A stretch of 64,000 bases of DNA from Dehalococcoidia bacterium (GTDB taxonomy: Bacteria; Chloroflexota; Dehalococcoidia; Lucifugimonadales; UBA1123), in NCBI GenBank assembly GCA_963665255.1, contig OY762210.1, positions 1,588,631 through 1,652,630 of the forward strand, in the 5' to 3' direction. Under the pieces are notes generated by a model. The model searched no databases. It was given only the letters and a program-made list of their open reading frames with translations, and was not told the DNA's origin. Shown piece after piece: positions 45,787 through 55,158 of the stretch. The stretch's first letter is position 1. Each line of letters begins with the position of its first letter. Both the position numbers and the translations under genes were made by a program.

Positions 45787-46635
45787 TTGGAGTCGCGCGA
45801 CTACATCGCCGACCCTGCCATCGCAACGTCGATCTACATGGCCCAGGCGTTGGGACGTCCGCTGCTGATTGAAGGACGCGCCGGTGTCGGCAAGACCGAG
45901 ATCGCAAGAGTCATGTCCCAGCTTATGGACACTCGTCTCATCCGGCTCCAGTGCTACGAGGGTCTTGACGTCACTACCGCACTCTACGAGTGGAACTACC
46001 CCAAGCAGTTACTCTGGATCAGGCTCGACGAGGGAAGCGGTCGCTCATCAGAGCAGCGGGAAGAGCAGATTTTCAGTCGTGACTTTCTGCTGGAGAGACC
46101 CCTGCTCTCCGCGCTGACACAGCCTGACAAGGCACCAGTACTTCTCATCGACGAAGTCGACCGTGCCGACGAAGAGTTCGAAGCGTTCCTCCTTGAGGTG
46201 CTATCAGAGTTCCAGGTGACGATTCCCGAGATCGGAACGATCTCAGCCAAGCACCGCCCACTTGTGATCCTTACCTCCAATCGCACCCGCGATCTCTCTG
46301 ACGCTTTGCGCCGCCGCTGCCTTTACCTCTGGATCGACTACCCGGACCTTGAAAAAGAGCTGAGAATTGTTCGCCGTAAGGTGGACGGCATCTCGGAGAA
46401 ACTCGCACGCCAGGTCTGCCAGTTCGTAGAGAACGCACGCGAGTCCGGTCTCGACAAAGTTCCTGGAATCTCGGAGACGTTGGACTGGGCAAAAGCAATG
46501 GTCATCCTCCACTACGATCACCTTGACCAGGATGCTGTGAGGCAAACGCTCGGCGCCCTCGTCAAAGACGCCGACGATCTGGACAGATTCCGTGAAGAGG
46601 CCATCGTGAAGATCATGGCCCTGGTCGGCGATTAA
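45787..46635 (+). CDS. MoxR/CoxD-like AAA+ ATPase
   Basis: Walker A EGRAGVGKTE and Walker B VLLIDEVDRA. The TTG start has no SD, and family-typical N-terminal sequence seems to continue upstream (see findings). Confidence 0.85.
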   Translation: MESRDYIADPAIATSIYMAQALGRPLLIEGRAGVGKTEIARVMSQLMDTRLIRLQCYEGLDVTTALYEWNYPKQLLWIRLDEGSGRSSEQREEQIFSRDFLLERPLLSALTQPDKAPVLLIDEVDRADEEFEAFLLEVLSEFQVTIPEIGTISAKHRPLVILTSNRTRDLSDALRRRCLYLWIDYPDLEKELRIVRRKVDGISEKLARQVCQFVENARESGLDKVPGISETLDWAKAMVILHYDHLDQDAVRQTLGALVKDADDLDRFREEAIVKIMALVGD

Positions 46636-46753
46636 CCCTTTTCTCGTACACCTCGGGTTCAGCCGACCATAACTGCCGCTCCACGTTGTGTTGCGCCACC
46701 CTTCGACCTGTAATACGCTTGACCGAACCTGTCGCATCAACCAGGAGGCGCAA

Positions 46754-47152
46754 GTGAGCATCACACTTCAAGAAGGCCAGACGATGGTGGCGGCCGCTTT
46801 AGCAAAGGCCGAGGAACTCAACATCAAGATAAACGTGGCGGTCTGCGACGCAGGCGGCCGACTTGTCGCCTTTGCCAGAATGGATGGCGCGATCTGGGCT
46901 GGTGTATATGGCAGCCAGGGCAAGGCGGTCGCATCTGTTGCCTTCGGCAGACCCAGTGGCGAGATGCAGGAGAGGGCAGGAAGTCCGATAGTGACCGGCA
47001 TTCGCGCCGCAGAGGGTGACCACATGATCGCCAGCCTTGGCGGAGTCCCAATCATCAGGGATGGCGCTGCGGTCGGAGCCGTCGGCGTAGGTGGTGGTAC
47101 CGGCGAGGAAGACGAAGAGTGCGCGCAGGCCGCCGTGGACTCAGTCTCCTGA
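46754..47152 (+). CDS. GlcG/HbpS-like (DUF336) protein
   Basis: AVCDAGGRLVAFARMDGA..GGVPI..G..VGAVGVGGGTGEEDEECA is the DUF336 pattern. GTG 46754 lies 5 nt after AGGAGG. Confidence 0.75.
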   Translation: MSITLQEGQTMVAAALAKAEELNIKINVAVCDAGGRLVAFARMDGAIWAGVYGSQGKAVASVAFGRPSGEMQERAGSPIVTGIRAAEGDHMIASLGGVPIIRDGAAVGAVGVGGGTGEEDEECAQAAVDSVS

Positions 47153-47192
47153 TCCCTCCAGTCCACCAATACATAAAGCTCGGAGTATAACC

Positions 47193-48860
47193 ATGCCTCA
47201 GATGACTGGAAAACGCGCCTTTATGGAAATGCTCCGCGCCGAAGGCGTGAAGTACATTTTCGGAAACCCGGGCACCAGCGAGGGCGCGATCCTGGATGCG
47301 CTGGAAGACTATCCGGACATCGAGTACATCCTCACGACGCAGGAAGGCGCTGCTATGGGTATGGCGGACGCCTACGCTCGTTCGACGCAGCAGCCCGCCT
47401 TCGTGAGCCTGCACATCGAGACCGGACTCGCCAACGGGATCAGCCTCCTTCACAACGCCAAAGAGGGCGGCACCCCAATGGTGGTCACCAGTGCGAACAA
47501 GGACATCCGCAAGCTGGCAGAGGGACGGACACAGCTCGACGAAATGACCCGGCTCTTCACCAAGTGGAGCGCGGAGGTTACGCATCCTGAGCAGATTCCT
47601 TCGGTGATGAGGCGTGCGTTCACCGAGGCCAAGACGCCCCCAACCGGTCCCGTCTACATAGGCTTCTCCGCGAACGCACTTGATGACGAGGGCGAGGTAG
47701 AGATCGTTCCTTCACCTACTGGCTACTTCAGGATGGCCCCGGACGCGCAGGCAATCTCGGATGCCAGCGGACTCCTTTCAGGTGCGAACAATCCTGTAAT
47801 GATAGTAGGGGATAGGCTCGCTCAGTCCGGGGGAATCGAGGAGGCTGTCCGCGTCGCTGAGCTTCTTGGCGCAAAAGTTTACTCCTCTGCCTACTCCGAG
47901 ATGAACTTCCCAACTGACCACCCGCAGTTCATGGGACGGTCCGCGCCGGTCTCGCCTGCGGGCAGGGAGTTGTTTGCCGACGCCGACGTGGTCCTCGCAG
48001 TTGGCACCAACGTCTTCGGCGGATTCTTCCACTTCCAGGGTCGTGCGCTAAGCACTGATACCAAGCTCATCCACATGGACCAGGCAGCAAGGGAGATCGG
48101 CAAGAGCGAACCGACAGACATAGGTATCATCTCGGACCCCAAAGTAGGGCTTGCCCACCTCGCTGATGCATTGGATTCCGATCTGACCGGTGCGCACAGG
48201 GAAGCTGCCAAAGGCAGAGCTGCCAACCTGTCAGAAGCGAAAGCAGCCCAACAGGCAGCGACTGAAGCTCGTCTCAAGGAGCGATGGGACCTGAGTCCTA
48301 TGTCCACCGAGCGCATGATGCACGAGGTAGCACAGGCGCTTCCTCCCGACACCCTGATTGCCGACGATTCCGTGACTACTCGCGACTCTATCCACGCCGC
48401 AATTAGTTTCGACACACCTGGCACCGTTTTCGGCGAGAGGGGTGGAGCCCTGGGTTGGGGCATGGGTGGCACGCTTGGACTCAAGTTGGCGAATCCAGAT
48501 CGACCTGTTGTGGGAATCATCGGCGACGGGAGTTCGATGATGACCGTCCAGGCGCTTTGGACAGCGGCCACATACAACATCCCGGTTGTATATATCATCT
48601 GCAACAATCGGGCTTACCGCATCTTGAAGCTCAACATGAACGTCTACAAGCGAGACATCCTTGGAGAGTCCGACCCTCAGAGCCAGTATCTTGCGATGGA
48701 CTTCCCGGTCCCGTTCAACCTTGCTGGCATCGCTGAAGGCATGGGGATACCTGGTCGAAACATTACCGATCCTGAGGAGATCGGGCCGGCTATCGAAGAG
48801 GCTCTCAAGTCAGGCGGTCCAGCCGTCTTGGACATCTCAATAGACGGCTCTGTAGCTTGA
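47193..48860 (+). CDS. Thiamine-diphosphate-dependent enzyme (acetolactate synthase / benzoylformate decarboxylase family)
   Basis: IFGNPGTSE N-terminal PYR domain and the TPP motif GDGSSMMT...ICNNRAY. Start set at ATG 47193. Confidence 0.88.
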   Translation: MPQMTGKRAFMEMLRAEGVKYIFGNPGTSEGAILDALEDYPDIEYILTTQEGAAMGMADAYARSTQQPAFVSLHIETGLANGISLLHNAKEGGTPMVVTSANKDIRKLAEGRTQLDEMTRLFTKWSAEVTHPEQIPSVMRRAFTEAKTPPTGPVYIGFSANALDDEGEVEIVPSPTGYFRMAPDAQAISDASGLLSGANNPVMIVGDRLAQSGGIEEAVRVAELLGAKVYSSAYSEMNFPTDHPQFMGRSAPVSPAGRELFADADVVLAVGTNVFGGFFHFQGRALSTDTKLIHMDQAAREIGKSEPTDIGIISDPKVGLAHLADALDSDLTGAHREAAKGRAANLSEAKAAQQAATEARLKERWDLSPMSTERMMHEVAQALPPDTLIADDSVTTRDSIHAAISFDTPGTVFGERGGALGWGMGGTLGLKLANPDRPVVGIIGDGSSMMTVQALWTAATYNIPVVYIICNNRAYRILKLNMNVYKRDILGESDPQSQYLAMDFPVPFNLAGIAEGMGIPGRNITDPEEIGPAIEEALKSGGPAVLDISIDGSVA

Positions 48861-48964
48861 CCCACAATTGACCGACGACGTATAGTACGCGGCGAATCAG
48901 GAAGCCTCCATGACACGCAAATTGACTTCCTGCTCCGTTAACCCTGACGATGGAGGATTGACCC

Positions 48965-49852
48965 ATGGCATACGGTTCCGGAGACTTCCAGTACGAGCTG
49001 GTTGAGGGTTGGGGAGACCTCCCCGACGGCTATGAGTGGCATCAGGTTGCAGGCGTTGCAGTGGATATCAACGACAATGTCTATGCTTTCAACCGTAGCT
49101 CCCACCAGATGATGGTGTTCGATAGCGACGGAGCGTTTCTGAACACTTGGGACCAGACATTTGAAGGCCCCCACGGTATCCACATTGGCCCGGATAACTG
49201 TGTGTACCTTGCCGACCGAGATGCCCACGTAGTCTCAAAGTACTCTCTCGATGGTGAGTTGCTGCTGAGGCTTGGAACTGGTCGGCCCTCGGAGACTGGC
49301 TACACATCGAACTCAGAACCCGTTCCCAAAGCAGCGGGACCATTCAACCTGCCCACGAGTATCGCAGTAACAGAAGAAGGTGAGATATTCATCTCGGACG
49401 GCTACGGCAATTGCCGGGTCCACAGGTACAACTCCACGGGTTCACTGGTCCTGTCCTGGGGCCTGCCCGGCAAGGTGAATCCTGGTGACTTCCATTTGCC
49501 GCACGGGATTGGACTCGACCACGATGGCTATGTCCTCGTGTGCGATCGCGAAAACGATCGCCTGCAGGTCTTTGACCAGGAGGGCGAGTTCGAGGAGATA
49601 TTCACCGGATTTAGACAGCCCACTGACGTTCACGTCGGGCCAGATGGCGAGATATACGTGCCCGAACTTCAGGGCAGGATGACCATCATCGACAACGAGG
49701 GCAACATTCTCGCCCAGTGGGGCGGAGACCGCACCCACGAGGCCGGTCTGTTCTGGGCACCACACGGCGTTGCCGTCGACTCCCGTGGCGACATCTACAT
49801 AGGTGAAGTCCTGGAAGGGCAACGCCTGCAGAAGTTCGCCCGCCTCAGGTAG
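48965..49852 (+). CDS. NHL-repeat beta-propeller protein
   Basis: Repeats with HG(I/V)..D..G..YV.DR.N.R.Q.F. GGAGGA upstream of the ATG. Confidence 0.8.
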   Translation: MAYGSGDFQYELVEGWGDLPDGYEWHQVAGVAVDINDNVYAFNRSSHQMMVFDSDGAFLNTWDQTFEGPHGIHIGPDNCVYLADRDAHVVSKYSLDGELLLRLGTGRPSETGYTSNSEPVPKAAGPFNLPTSIAVTEEGEIFISDGYGNCRVHRYNSTGSLVLSWGLPGKVNPGDFHLPHGIGLDHDGYVLVCDRENDRLQVFDQEGEFEEIFTGFRQPTDVHVGPDGEIYVPELQGRMTIIDNEGNILAQWGGDRTHEAGLFWAPHGVAVDSRGDIYIGEVLEGQRLQKFARLR

Positions 49853-49854
49853 TT

Positions 49855-51318
49855 ATGGAATCTGGACTATTCGCAATTGTCGGCATCGTCATTGGCCTCC
49901 TTGTCGGCGGACTGGTGACTTGGCTGGCAGTGCGATTACGTTCAGAAGATTCCAGCACACGCCTGGAGCAGGATGCTAGAGCTGCTTCTGAACTCAGAAA
50001 TGAACGGGACTCACTTCGTCTTGAGAGAGACGACGCGAATCGGCAACTTGCTGCGGCCCAAGCCAGTCTCAACTCTGTTGCAGCTCAGAACGAGTCGAAT
50101 TCGACCGCCTTGGAACACGCAAGGGTTGCATCCCAGCAGGCTGGCGAGACAGTCGCATCTCTGCAGCAGCAACTTCGTGAGGCCAACCGTCGCCTCGAAG
50201 AGCAGGGCGATATCGAAAAGACACTCGTCGACCAGTTCAAGGTACTGGCGACAGAGGTCATCGACAGCAACAACGAAAAGTTTCTCACTGCCGCCGACGA
50301 GAAGGTCGGCAACCTCGTCCAACAGGCGAAGAAGGACTTCTCCCTCAGTAAGGAAGCGGTCAACGACCTCGTTAAGCCCCTCTCGGAAGAGCTAAAGAGG
50401 ATCGAAACTGCCAGGACCGACTCGCAGGGCAGTCTTCGACAGCATTTGGAGACCCTCGCCAGCAGCAACAAGGCACTCGAACTGGAGACCCGTAACCTGA
50501 CGACGGCACTGAAGCGTCCCGAAGTTCGTGGCAGTTGGGGAGAGATACAGCTCAGGCGTGTTGCAGAGCTCGCCGGGATGACCAACTACTGCGACTACGA
50601 GGAGCAGGTAAGCATCCAGTCAGGTGAAGGGAGCACGGACCGCCCCGATATGGTTGTCCGTATGCCCAGCAACAGGACCATCGTCGTCGATGCCAAGACC
50701 CCAATGGACGCCTATTTGAGGTCGATTGAGTCTGACACTGATGAGGACCGTGAGAGCCAGCTAGCCCGGCACGCCGAACAGGTAAAGGCCAGGGCGACTT
50801 CGCTGTCCCGAAAGGCCTATTGGGACGCCCTCGACCGCTCGCCTGAGTTCGTCGTGATGTTCCTCCCGGGTGAGTTCCTGCTTCAGCCTGCGCTGGAGCG
50901 TGATCCCGAGTTGTTCGATCGCTCGATGCAGCAGAGAGTCATAATCGCGACTCCCAACACTCTGATGGCCCTGCTGAAGACGGTAGAGATGGGCTGGAAA
51001 GAGGCACAACTAGCGGAACACGCTCTTGAGGTCCAGAAAATCGGCCAGGAGCTGCATGACCGCCTGGCTGTGTATGCGGGGCACGTCTCCAGAGTCGGCA
51101 GTTCGCTGCGTACCGCTGTCAGCAGCTACAACAGCGCGGTTGGGTCATTTGACAGCAGAGTCGCCGTGTCGGCGCGCCGTTTTAGGGAACTTGGCGTGCC
51201 GGCCACAGACGAAATACCAGAACTTGATCAGATAGACATCGACGTTCGAGAGATCACCGCTCGTCATTTGCCCGATGCGCAACTTGCGCTTTCCGACGGC
51301 GATGCCGACGATCAATAG
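49855..51318 (+). CDS. rmuC: DNA recombination protein RmuC
   Basis: N-terminal TM helix, a long coiled-coil, and the RmuC C-terminal domain (RPDMVVRMP..IVVDAKTP..FVVMFLPGE). Confidence 0.88.
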   Translation: MESGLFAIVGIVIGLLVGGLVTWLAVRLRSEDSSTRLEQDARAASELRNERDSLRLERDDANRQLAAAQASLNSVAAQNESNSTALEHARVASQQAGETVASLQQQLREANRRLEEQGDIEKTLVDQFKVLATEVIDSNNEKFLTAADEKVGNLVQQAKKDFSLSKEAVNDLVKPLSEELKRIETARTDSQGSLRQHLETLASSNKALELETRNLTTALKRPEVRGSWGEIQLRRVAELAGMTNYCDYEEQVSIQSGEGSTDRPDMVVRMPSNRTIVVDAKTPMDAYLRSIESDTDEDRESQLARHAEQVKARATSLSRKAYWDALDRSPEFVVMFLPGEFLLQPALERDPELFDRSMQQRVIIATPNTLMALLKTVEMGWKEAQLAEHALEVQKIGQELHDRLAVYAGHVSRVGSSLRTAVSSYNSAVGSFDSRVAVSARRFRELGVPATDEIPELDQIDIDVREITARHLPDAQLALSDGDADDQ

Positions 51319-51360
51319 CCAACCAATGCAAACGACCAGACTTAAGTAGGAGAACAGTAC

Positions 51361-53007
51361 ATGAACGGAGACCAGGCAGTAGCAAAGATCCTCAAGAAAG
51401 AGGGCGTGGAGTGGATCGCTGCATTCCCCGCACAAACGCTTATCGACGCGTGTGCGAGGGAGGGCATCAGGCCGATTCTCTCCCGCCAGGAGCGCGCCGG
51501 CGTGAACATGGCCGACGGCTTTAGCCGAATCAAGAACGGCAAGACCATCGGCGTGTTCACCATGCAGACCGGACCCGGGTCTGAGAACGCCTTCGGCGGT
51601 GTCGCACAGGCCTTCGCGGACTCGGTACCGATTCTCTGCCTGCCGGGAGGGCAGCCGTTCGACCGGATGGACGTCCACCCGAATTTCGAGGCAGTCAAGA
51701 ACTATGCTGGAATAACCAAGTGGATGGCGCTGGTCAACAGCATCGGAAGGATTCCCGAGCTGATGGGCATGGCCTTCAGTCAGCTCAAGCACGGCAGGCT
51801 CGGACCCGTGTTGCTGGAGCTCCCTCGCGACGTAATGATCCAGGAGATTCCAGACGCCCTTGTGGACAACTACAAGCCCGTCAAGCCTCTGAAGTCCGGC
51901 GGTAGCCCTGAGGATGTCAGAGACCTTGTAACCGCGCTACTTGCCGCTGAGGCTCCCGTCATCAACGCTGGACAGGGTGTCATGTACGCTGAAGCGACTG
52001 ACGAGCTTGTCGAGTTCGCTGAGCTGACCAACATCCCGGTAATGACGACCCTGGCCGGTAAGAGCGGCTTCCCAGAAGACCACCCGCTCGCGTTGGGTAC
52101 AGGCGCATCGTCAGGCACCATGATGTGCCAGCACTTCCTGGAAAAGGCCGACTTCGTTCTTGGCATGGGCACCAGCTTCACGATATCCAACTTCAATGCT
52201 CCGATGCCCAGCGGCGTTACCCTTGGCCATTCGACAAACTGTGCTGAAGACGTCAACAAAGACTACCGTGCCGACTACGGAGCCGTAGGCGACGCCAAAG
52301 TGGTCCTCCGCCAGATGATCGAAGAGGTGAAGAGCCAGATTGGCGAGCACGGTCGTGGCGACGTTCACGGCGTTCGTGATGAGCTAGCTAGGGTCAAGGC
52401 CGAGTGGATGGCCGAGTGGTCGCCGTCTCTGAACTCGGACGAGGTCCCGATCAGCCCGTATCGTGTCTTTACTGAACTGATGAAGGCTGTCGACGCTCGG
52501 GAGACCATCATCACGCACGACTCAGGTTACCCTCGTGAGCAGATCGTTCCTTTCTGGCCGGCAGTCACGCCTAGGAACTACATCGGCTGGGGCAAGTCGA
52601 CACAGCTCGGTTACGGTCTAGGTCTTGCTCTCGGCGCAAAGATGGCAGAACCGGACAAGCATGTCATCAACATCATGGGCGATGCGGCGTTCGGCATGGC
52701 CGGCCTGGATATCGAAACTGCTACCAGGTCAGAGCTACCCATCCTGACCGTGGTCCTGAACAACGGTGTCATGACGCACTACTACGACCACATGCCATTC
52801 GCCACCGAGCGCTGGAACAGCAATGCGCTCGGCGGGGAATACGCAGAGGTTGCACGCGGTCTGGGCGCCTACGGCGAGAAAGTATCCGATCCTGCTGAGA
52901 TCGCACCTGCGATAGAGCGCGCGCTCGCAGCGAATAGGGAAGGGCAGCCAGCTCTCCTCGAAATGAAGACCAAGGAAGAGGAGAACATCTCCCGATACTG
53001 GCGCTAG
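51361..53007 (+). CDS. Thiamine-diphosphate-dependent enzyme (second paralogue)
   Basis: PYR domain (AFPAQT..ERAGVNMADG) and the TPP motif GDAAFGMAG...VLNNGVM. Confidence 0.88.
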   Translation: MNGDQAVAKILKKEGVEWIAAFPAQTLIDACAREGIRPILSRQERAGVNMADGFSRIKNGKTIGVFTMQTGPGSENAFGGVAQAFADSVPILCLPGGQPFDRMDVHPNFEAVKNYAGITKWMALVNSIGRIPELMGMAFSQLKHGRLGPVLLELPRDVMIQEIPDALVDNYKPVKPLKSGGSPEDVRDLVTALLAAEAPVINAGQGVMYAEATDELVEFAELTNIPVMTTLAGKSGFPEDHPLALGTGASSGTMMCQHFLEKADFVLGMGTSFTISNFNAPMPSGVTLGHSTNCAEDVNKDYRADYGAVGDAKVVLRQMIEEVKSQIGEHGRGDVHGVRDELARVKAEWMAEWSPSLNSDEVPISPYRVFTELMKAVDARETIITHDSGYPREQIVPFWPAVTPRNYIGWGKSTQLGYGLGLALGAKMAEPDKHVINIMGDAAFGMAGLDIETATRSELPILTVVLNNGVMTHYYDHMPFATERWNSNALGGEYAEVARGLGAYGEKVSDPAEIAPAIERALAANREGQPALLEMKTKEEENISRYWR

Positions 53008-53030
53008 GCTAAACGACGATCGAAAACTAA

Positions 53031-53062
53031 GGGGCGGTCCTCGTGGCCGCCCCTTTTGGTTT
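53031..53062 (+). terminator. Rho-independent terminator
   Basis: GGGGCGG-tcctcgtgg-CCGCCCC followed by TTTTGGTTT. Confidence 0.75.
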
Positions 53063-53093
53063 AGGCGTGATAAGCTTCGATTCTGAATCCCTT

Positions 53094-53110
53094 CTCAAAA
53101 TTATTTTGAG
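53094..53110. promoter_or_regulatory. Perfect 8-1-8 palindrome CTCAAAAT-T-ATTTTGAG overlapping the RBS of the MFS gene
   Basis: 17-bp perfect inverted repeat that ends 11 nt before ATG 53122. Its 3' arm overlaps the GAGGAA RBS. Confidence 0.35.
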
Positions 53111-53121
53111 GAACGCCAGAC

Positions 53122-54354
53122 ATGGCCCGTGTCGTCCGCAGGTTGAATTACGCCCACGTCATTCTCGCCGTGGGCTTCGCCGTCCTCTTCTTTGGCACTG
53201 GGACGCGCTATGTATTCGGCCTGGTTCTCGTACCTATGACAGAGGAGCTGGATCTGAGCAGATCTACCCACTCTTCGGCCCTTCTGGTTTTCATGCTTGT
53301 GTCCGCCGCTGCCATGCCATTCATTGGCAGGCTGATCGATAGACACAGCATCAAGGCAGTCATGGCCGTTGGGGCTGTCCTCAGCGCATCGGCAATCGCG
53401 CTCATGGGTGCAGTCAACTCCGCATGGCAACTCTTCGCCATATACGGTCTGCTCTATGCCGTGGGATTCGCAGCTACCTCCGTGGCGCCGGTTAGCGTGC
53501 TGATGAGCAGGTGGTTTCCCAACAACACAGGACTAGCTTCGAGCGCCGCTATTACCGGGAATGGCACTGGTCAACTGGTCATCATCGCGTTGCTCACTTC
53601 GTTCCTGTCCGACATCGGGTGGAGGCGGGCATACTTCATTCTTGGAATGGCCAATGCCGCAGTAGTCATCCCCCTGGTGCTGCTCTTCGTCCGATCAGGT
53701 CAGGCGCTGACTGCCGACAGACCTGACTCCGGAGTTGCTGACGAAGGGAGTTCGTCAATACGGGAAGTACTGAAGGCCCGTGACTTCTGGCTTGTGACGA
53801 TCATGTACACCGTCTGCGGATTCCAGGACTTCTTCTTTGCTACACACATAGTCGCTTTCGCCCAGGACAGGGGAGTGGGCGATTTCCTGTCAGGCAACAT
53901 TCTGGCATTCATGGGGCTGGCTGCACTTATAGGAGTCCTGCTCTCGGGTGGCCTGGCCGACAAACATGGGGCGTGTCGACCAACGCTGCTGTGCTTCGCA
54001 TTGAGGATCGGCCTGTTTGGATACATCGTCTTCATGCAGGACGCAGTCAGTATCGCCGCTGTCGCGCTCGTGTACGGATTTACCTTCACAATGACTGCCC
54101 CGCTCACAGTGGTGTTCGCGGGCAATATCTTCGGGAGGGCCAGGCTCGGAAGCGTCAGTGGACTGATAAACATGGTCCACCAGGTCGCTGGTGGTCTCGG
54201 AGCGCTGGTAGGGGCCCTGATATTTGACGCGACGGGTAGCTACACCGGGGCATTTGCTCTGATGTTTGCGCTTTCTGTACTTGCAGCAGTCTCCACCGCG
54301 ATGATCAGGGAGAGGCCGTACACCGGGTCCCTTAGAGCGGTCCCAGCTTGCTGA
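53122..54354 (+). CDS. MFS transporter
   Basis: 410 aa with 12 predicted helices. GRLIDRHS is the MFS signature loop. Confidence 0.85.
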   Translation: MARVVRRLNYAHVILAVGFAVLFFGTGTRYVFGLVLVPMTEELDLSRSTHSSALLVFMLVSAAAMPFIGRLIDRHSIKAVMAVGAVLSASAIALMGAVNSAWQLFAIYGLLYAVGFAATSVAPVSVLMSRWFPNNTGLASSAAITGNGTGQLVIIALLTSFLSDIGWRRAYFILGMANAAVVIPLVLLFVRSGQALTADRPDSGVADEGSSSIREVLKARDFWLVTIMYTVCGFQDFFFATHIVAFAQDRGVGDFLSGNILAFMGLAALIGVLLSGGLADKHGACRPTLLCFALRIGLFGYIVFMQDAVSIAAVALVYGFTFTMTAPLTVVFAGNIFGRARLGSVSGLINMVHQVAGGLGALVGALIFDATGSYTGAFALMFALSVLAAVSTAMIRERPYTGSLRAVPAC

Positions 54355-55156
54355 AGTCGGTCACCTTCAACCCAGCCTCCCCTACTTGCCTCGCCAAACG
54401 GCCAAATCTCATCAGCGGGTAGTCGCTGCCAAGCAGCACCTTTTCAGCCCCTACTAGTGATGAGACTGTCTCGTATACGCTGGCGTCATATAGGAACGGA
54501 GACGCCGCAGTGTCGAACCACACATTTCGGAGTGCCTCTTGGACTTCCGGCATAAGTGCATAGAAGGGAAGGCCACCACCCCAGTGCGCGCAGACGATCT
54601 TTACGTTCGGATAAGCGCGGGCATTCTCGATGAACCGCATCAGCAAATCTGGGGTTGTTCGTCCCTTGCCCTGATACAGGTGACCAACCGGCTCCGATGA
54701 GTGGGTCGTGACGGCAAAGTTGTGCTCGTTGGCCACGTCCAAGATTGGCCGCATTGTGTCGGCGTCACCAAGGTCAAAGCCCTGGGTGTCCGGATGCAAC
54801 TCCCCCAAACCCCGGAGTCCCAGTTGAGCGCAGCGTTCCAATTCACGTGCTGCATTGACTCCCCAGTATGGGTTGACCGATCCAAACCCGATGAGGCGGG
54901 TAGGGTGCGATCTTACGGCCTCAGCAATATAGTCGTTGCACCGGCGAGCAAGGTCGATGTCAGTCCATCCGTACCCCATGACCACAGACCGGTCGACGCC
55001 GTCCTCATCCATCGCCGCGATCAGGTCTTCAGCAGTCGCCAATCTCGCCCTGGGATCTGAGAATAACTCGCGAAATGTGGCGTCCCGGCTTGTCCACGAC
55101 TGACGCTCACGTATCAGCCAAGGGGGAACAATATGAGTGTGGAAGTCGGTGATCAA
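54332..55156 (-). CDS. Amidohydrolase-2 family metal-dependent hydrolase
   Basis: MITDFHTHIVP (HxH), GLGELHP, VTTHSSEP, CAHWGGG and LLGSDYPL. Convergent 23-nt overlap with the MFS gene. Confidence 0.8.
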   Translation of the reverse strand: MITDFHTHIVPPWLIRERQSWTSRDATFRELFSDPRARLATAEDLIAAMDEDGVDRSVVMGYGWTDIDLARRCNDYIAEAVRSHPTRLIGFGSVNPYWGVNAARELERCAQLGLRGLGELHPDTQGFDLGDADTMRPILDVANEHNFAVTTHSSEPVGHLYQGKGRTTPDLLMRFIENARAYPNVKIVCAHWGGGLPFYALMPEVQEALRNVWFDTAASPFLYDASVYETVSSLVGAEKVLLGSDYPLMRFGRLARQVGEAGLKVTDFSKLGPL

Positions 55157-55158
55157 CG

